From Vicugna vicugna (taxonomy: Eukaryota): a DNA stretch of 64,000 nt. Location: positions 1,231,062 through 1,295,061 of the forward strand of contig MU057809.1 in assembly GCA_013265495.1 (NCBI GenBank), in the 5' to 3' direction. Made by a program: the position numbers and the translations under genes. The notes under the pieces were generated by a model. It searched no databases. It was given only the letters and a program-made list of their open reading frames with translations, and was not told the DNA's origin. How positions within the stretch are numbered: the first letter of the stretch is position 1; the number at the start of each line of letters is the position of its first letter. This document shows, piece by piece, positions 61,101 to 64,000 of this stretch.

Positions 61101-64000
61101 GGCTGGAGACGTCCCAGTGTTTGGAGTAGGCAGCCTGGGGTGCGGTGGGGGAGGCTGGGAGACAGAGAACAGACCCCAGCTGAGGGGCCAGGACAGTGGG
61201 AGCCGCGGGGGAGAGGGCCAAGGTTACAGGTCGGCACAGTGCTCGCAGTGGCCAAGGCCAGCCCTCAGATGGCCTCCCAGTGAGGGACAGGCCACTTCTG
61301 AGCTGGAGGCAGAGCTGTGACAGGCGCTGGCCCAGGGTGGGGGTCAGGCAGCCCCGACCCACACCTGCTCCTACAGCTCCGTCCAGTGTCCCCACAGCCC
61401 CTGAAGTCTGGGACTCAGCCAGCGGCTCGGGTCCAGTGCCCCGTGCTGTGACCACAGGCCTTCCTCGGGCCAGCATCTTGGAGGACATGGCCTCCAGCCA
61501 CAGCACTGTCCCCGAGGGCCCACACAGACTCCCCTCCCCAAGAGGCCGAGCAGACCACCTAGCGGGTGCTGGATGGGGGGCTCTCAGCCCTCGCAGGCCA
61601 GTCCTCCCGCCGGGGTCCTGCACAGGCGGGCTCAGGGCCTAGCCCCAACGGCCGGCTTCTGTGGGGGACCGCAGGGCAGGAGGCTGGGAGCTCCTTCTCG
61701 CCCTGGCCCAGCACCTGCCCCCGCTGCCCACCCCGCCAGCCCAAGGGGCCCCCTCCTCCCCGGCTGCCTCCTTTCAGGGCCCGACAGGCCTTTTCAGGCT
61801 GACTGATGGCAGGTCTGGATTTCCATGTCAATGGGCCGAGCCAGTCCGCCTGGTAAGCTGGTTAACAAGCCTCCAGCCCCGTTGGGGAGGCTGTGTGGGG
61901 TGTTAACACAAGCTCCCTTCTGCGGGGCTCTGTGGCCTCGCGGTTGCCATGGCGCCCTGCGTGGCCTTTGGGCCACGGCTAATCCTTTCTCTGGGCCTTT
62001 CATCCTGGCTGTCCCACCCCCAGGCTGGTCGCTGGTGACTCGACCGTGCCCAGCAAGGCTGGTTTCTCTGCCGGGGTCAGAGGAGGCCGTAAATCCAGCC
62101 CCCAGCCTCCGCCCCCCTGGCCCCGGCCCTCTGTCCCTAGCATTGTCCCCAAGCCCCCAGCCTTCCTCTCTGCAAACTCCAGTGGCAGGAAGGGAGCCTT
62201 TGCCAAGTGGTCAGTTCCTGTCCTGGGGAGTGGAGGGTCCCCAGGCCCGTTCTTGGCCCTGTCCCCACCCTCACCAACCCTGTCACTCCAAGCCCTCCCA
62301 TCTCTGTGCCTTCTGCACTCCCTCACCTTCAGCCTGGCCTCCATGCTGTTCCTGGAATGTGCCAGTTCTGCCCCAGGGCCTTTGCTCCAGCTGTTTATTC
62401 TCTTGCCTGGAATGTTCTCCTTGAGGCCACAGGCCCTGCCCCTCCCAGCTCTGGCACTACCTCTGTTTTCCCTGTGGCCTCGCTGCCTCCCCAGCACACC
62501 TTGAGGAGCACTGTGCTGTCCTTCCCCCAGAATGCCAGCTCCCTGAGGTCAGGGACACAGCCCCCAGGACAGAGAGTGGACGCTCTGTGTGAAAGATTGG
62601 GGAGCTGTCAGCTCAGAGAGGGGGAGTCTGGCCCCAAGGACACACAGCATCGAGCTGTGGTGGGTGAGGTCCCATGTCTGGGCTGAGCTGACTTCACACT
62701 GGGGGGTCTTCACTATCCCATCTGCTTCCTGCCCCAGGATCTCTCGACAGAGACCACCTCTTCTCCTTGCAGCAACCTCTGTCCCCAGAAGACAGATTCC
62801 TGAAGTCCTGCGTTTCCAGGACTCTGTTAGCCTGGCCTCCAGCCCCATGGTTGTCTCCTCACGGGGCTCCCCTGCCTAGCTTCTGCTTGCATGCCTCCAG
62901 CAATGGGGAGCTCACCACCTGGGTGGTGCAGATGGGGAGAAAGAACCTCCTCGCACAAGCGCGCTCCCAGGTCTGGGCTCCGGCTCAGACGTCAGGGGGG
63001 CTCAGGTCGGATGGACCACGTCTGGGGCTCCTGGCCTTGCAGTGTGTGGGTGACTAATCCTTGGCGGGGCTGTGGCGAGTAGCTGTTAGCGTGGATCCAG
63101 ACCTAATATGCCCTGAGTGTCCCCCGAAGCCAGCCTGTCTCCTCACCCTTCCCCCACAGCTGGGCACCTGCAGATGCATGCCCTTGGCCGCTGTCACTCC
63201 TTGAATCTCATGACAATCGTGCGAGGCAAGAAGGACAGGAAGTGGCTCTATCTTACAGCTGAGAAAACTGAGTCTTAGGAGGAAAGGGCTGGAACCTCCT
63301 GCGGGGATGCAGAGCCTGACTTCTGACCCTAGGGCCTCTCCCCCAGGTTGTGTGGCAAGGAGGCGACAGCCCAGCCTCACCGCCTCTCACTGAGGGGCCA
63401 CCCACCAGCCTTTCGAGCCTCCGCGCTCTGAGTGTGAGGTGGTGGGCCCCAGGCCCCCTCCCAGCCCCACCCCCGGGCTCTCGGCTCCCAGGGACCGTGG
63501 GGCAGACAGAGGGGCTGGCTACCAGATTCCCGCCATGCACTGGCCTACCCGGGGGTGAGGGGACAGCTGGACGAGGCCCCAGGAAGGGGGGCAACAGCGA
63601 GGGAGGCTGAAGCTCGGGGCGGGGGTTGGTCAGGGGTACATGAGAAAGGCCGGCTGGGGGCGGGCCAGGAGGCCCAAAGAGCCTCCAGCCAGGGTGGGAG
63701 GAGCCCCGCCAGCCTCAGCTTTCTCATGTGTCACAGGGACTGAGGAGAGGAGAACTGTCCCTGTCCCCGCGCCCCCAGATGTGGGGAGGGAGTGCCAGGG
63801 GCCCTGAGACGAGGAAAGGAAGAGGAGGGGAGGACGGGCTGGGGAGCTGCGCTCTGCAGCGTGTGGGCGAGGGTCAGACTCCCCGGGGAGACTTGGGGGC
63901 GCTCCAGCTCCGCAGCTGCCCTTGGCTGTGCTGCTAGGGCCATGGCCGCCCCCACCCTGTGCTGGAGGCCCTTGTTGACAGGTCATGAGGATCCTCCTGC

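Noticed and set aside
61858..61912. Small inverted arrangement gttaac-aagcctcc...ggaggct...gttaac (possible miRNA hairpin)
   Set aside because: The stem is too short and interrupted to support a pre-miRNA by eye.
46000..64000. Possible LFNG exons expected from synteny
   Set aside because: I found no Fringe-like peptide in the ORF track; the gene probably lies beyond the window end.

Overview
This window is mammalian genomic DNA. tRNA-Ala-derived SINEs of the vic-1 type suggest a camelid, which is an inference. It covers the CHST12-GRIFIN region. CHST12 (chondroitin 4-O-sulfotransferase 2) is a single coding exon at 9736-10992 (+, 418 aa), and its non-coding first exon appears to lie upstream of the window. 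GRIFIN (lens galectin-related protein) is a five-exon, 144-codon gene at 42142-43649 (-) that the ORF track does not assemble. The rest is intron or intergenic DNA rich in L1, L2/MIR, LTR and DNA-transposon remnants, and the other long ORFs look like GC-rich noise. I found no evidence of a novel multi-gene system. The most interesting observations are five: (1) a near-perfect second copy of GRIFIN exons 1-2 that appears to join intron 3 directly to intron 2, either an exon-3-deleted haplotype or a misassembly; (2) a 487-bp retroposed transcript end with a 14-bp target-site duplication; (3) a solo LTR with a ~23-bp-periodic array of inverted CCAAT boxes plus two octamers; (4) a short, locally templated inverted insertion; (5) a Val->Ala change in the CHST12 PAPS-binding loop. 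Repeat family names are from recognition of consensus-like sequence, not a database search, and their boundaries are approximate.
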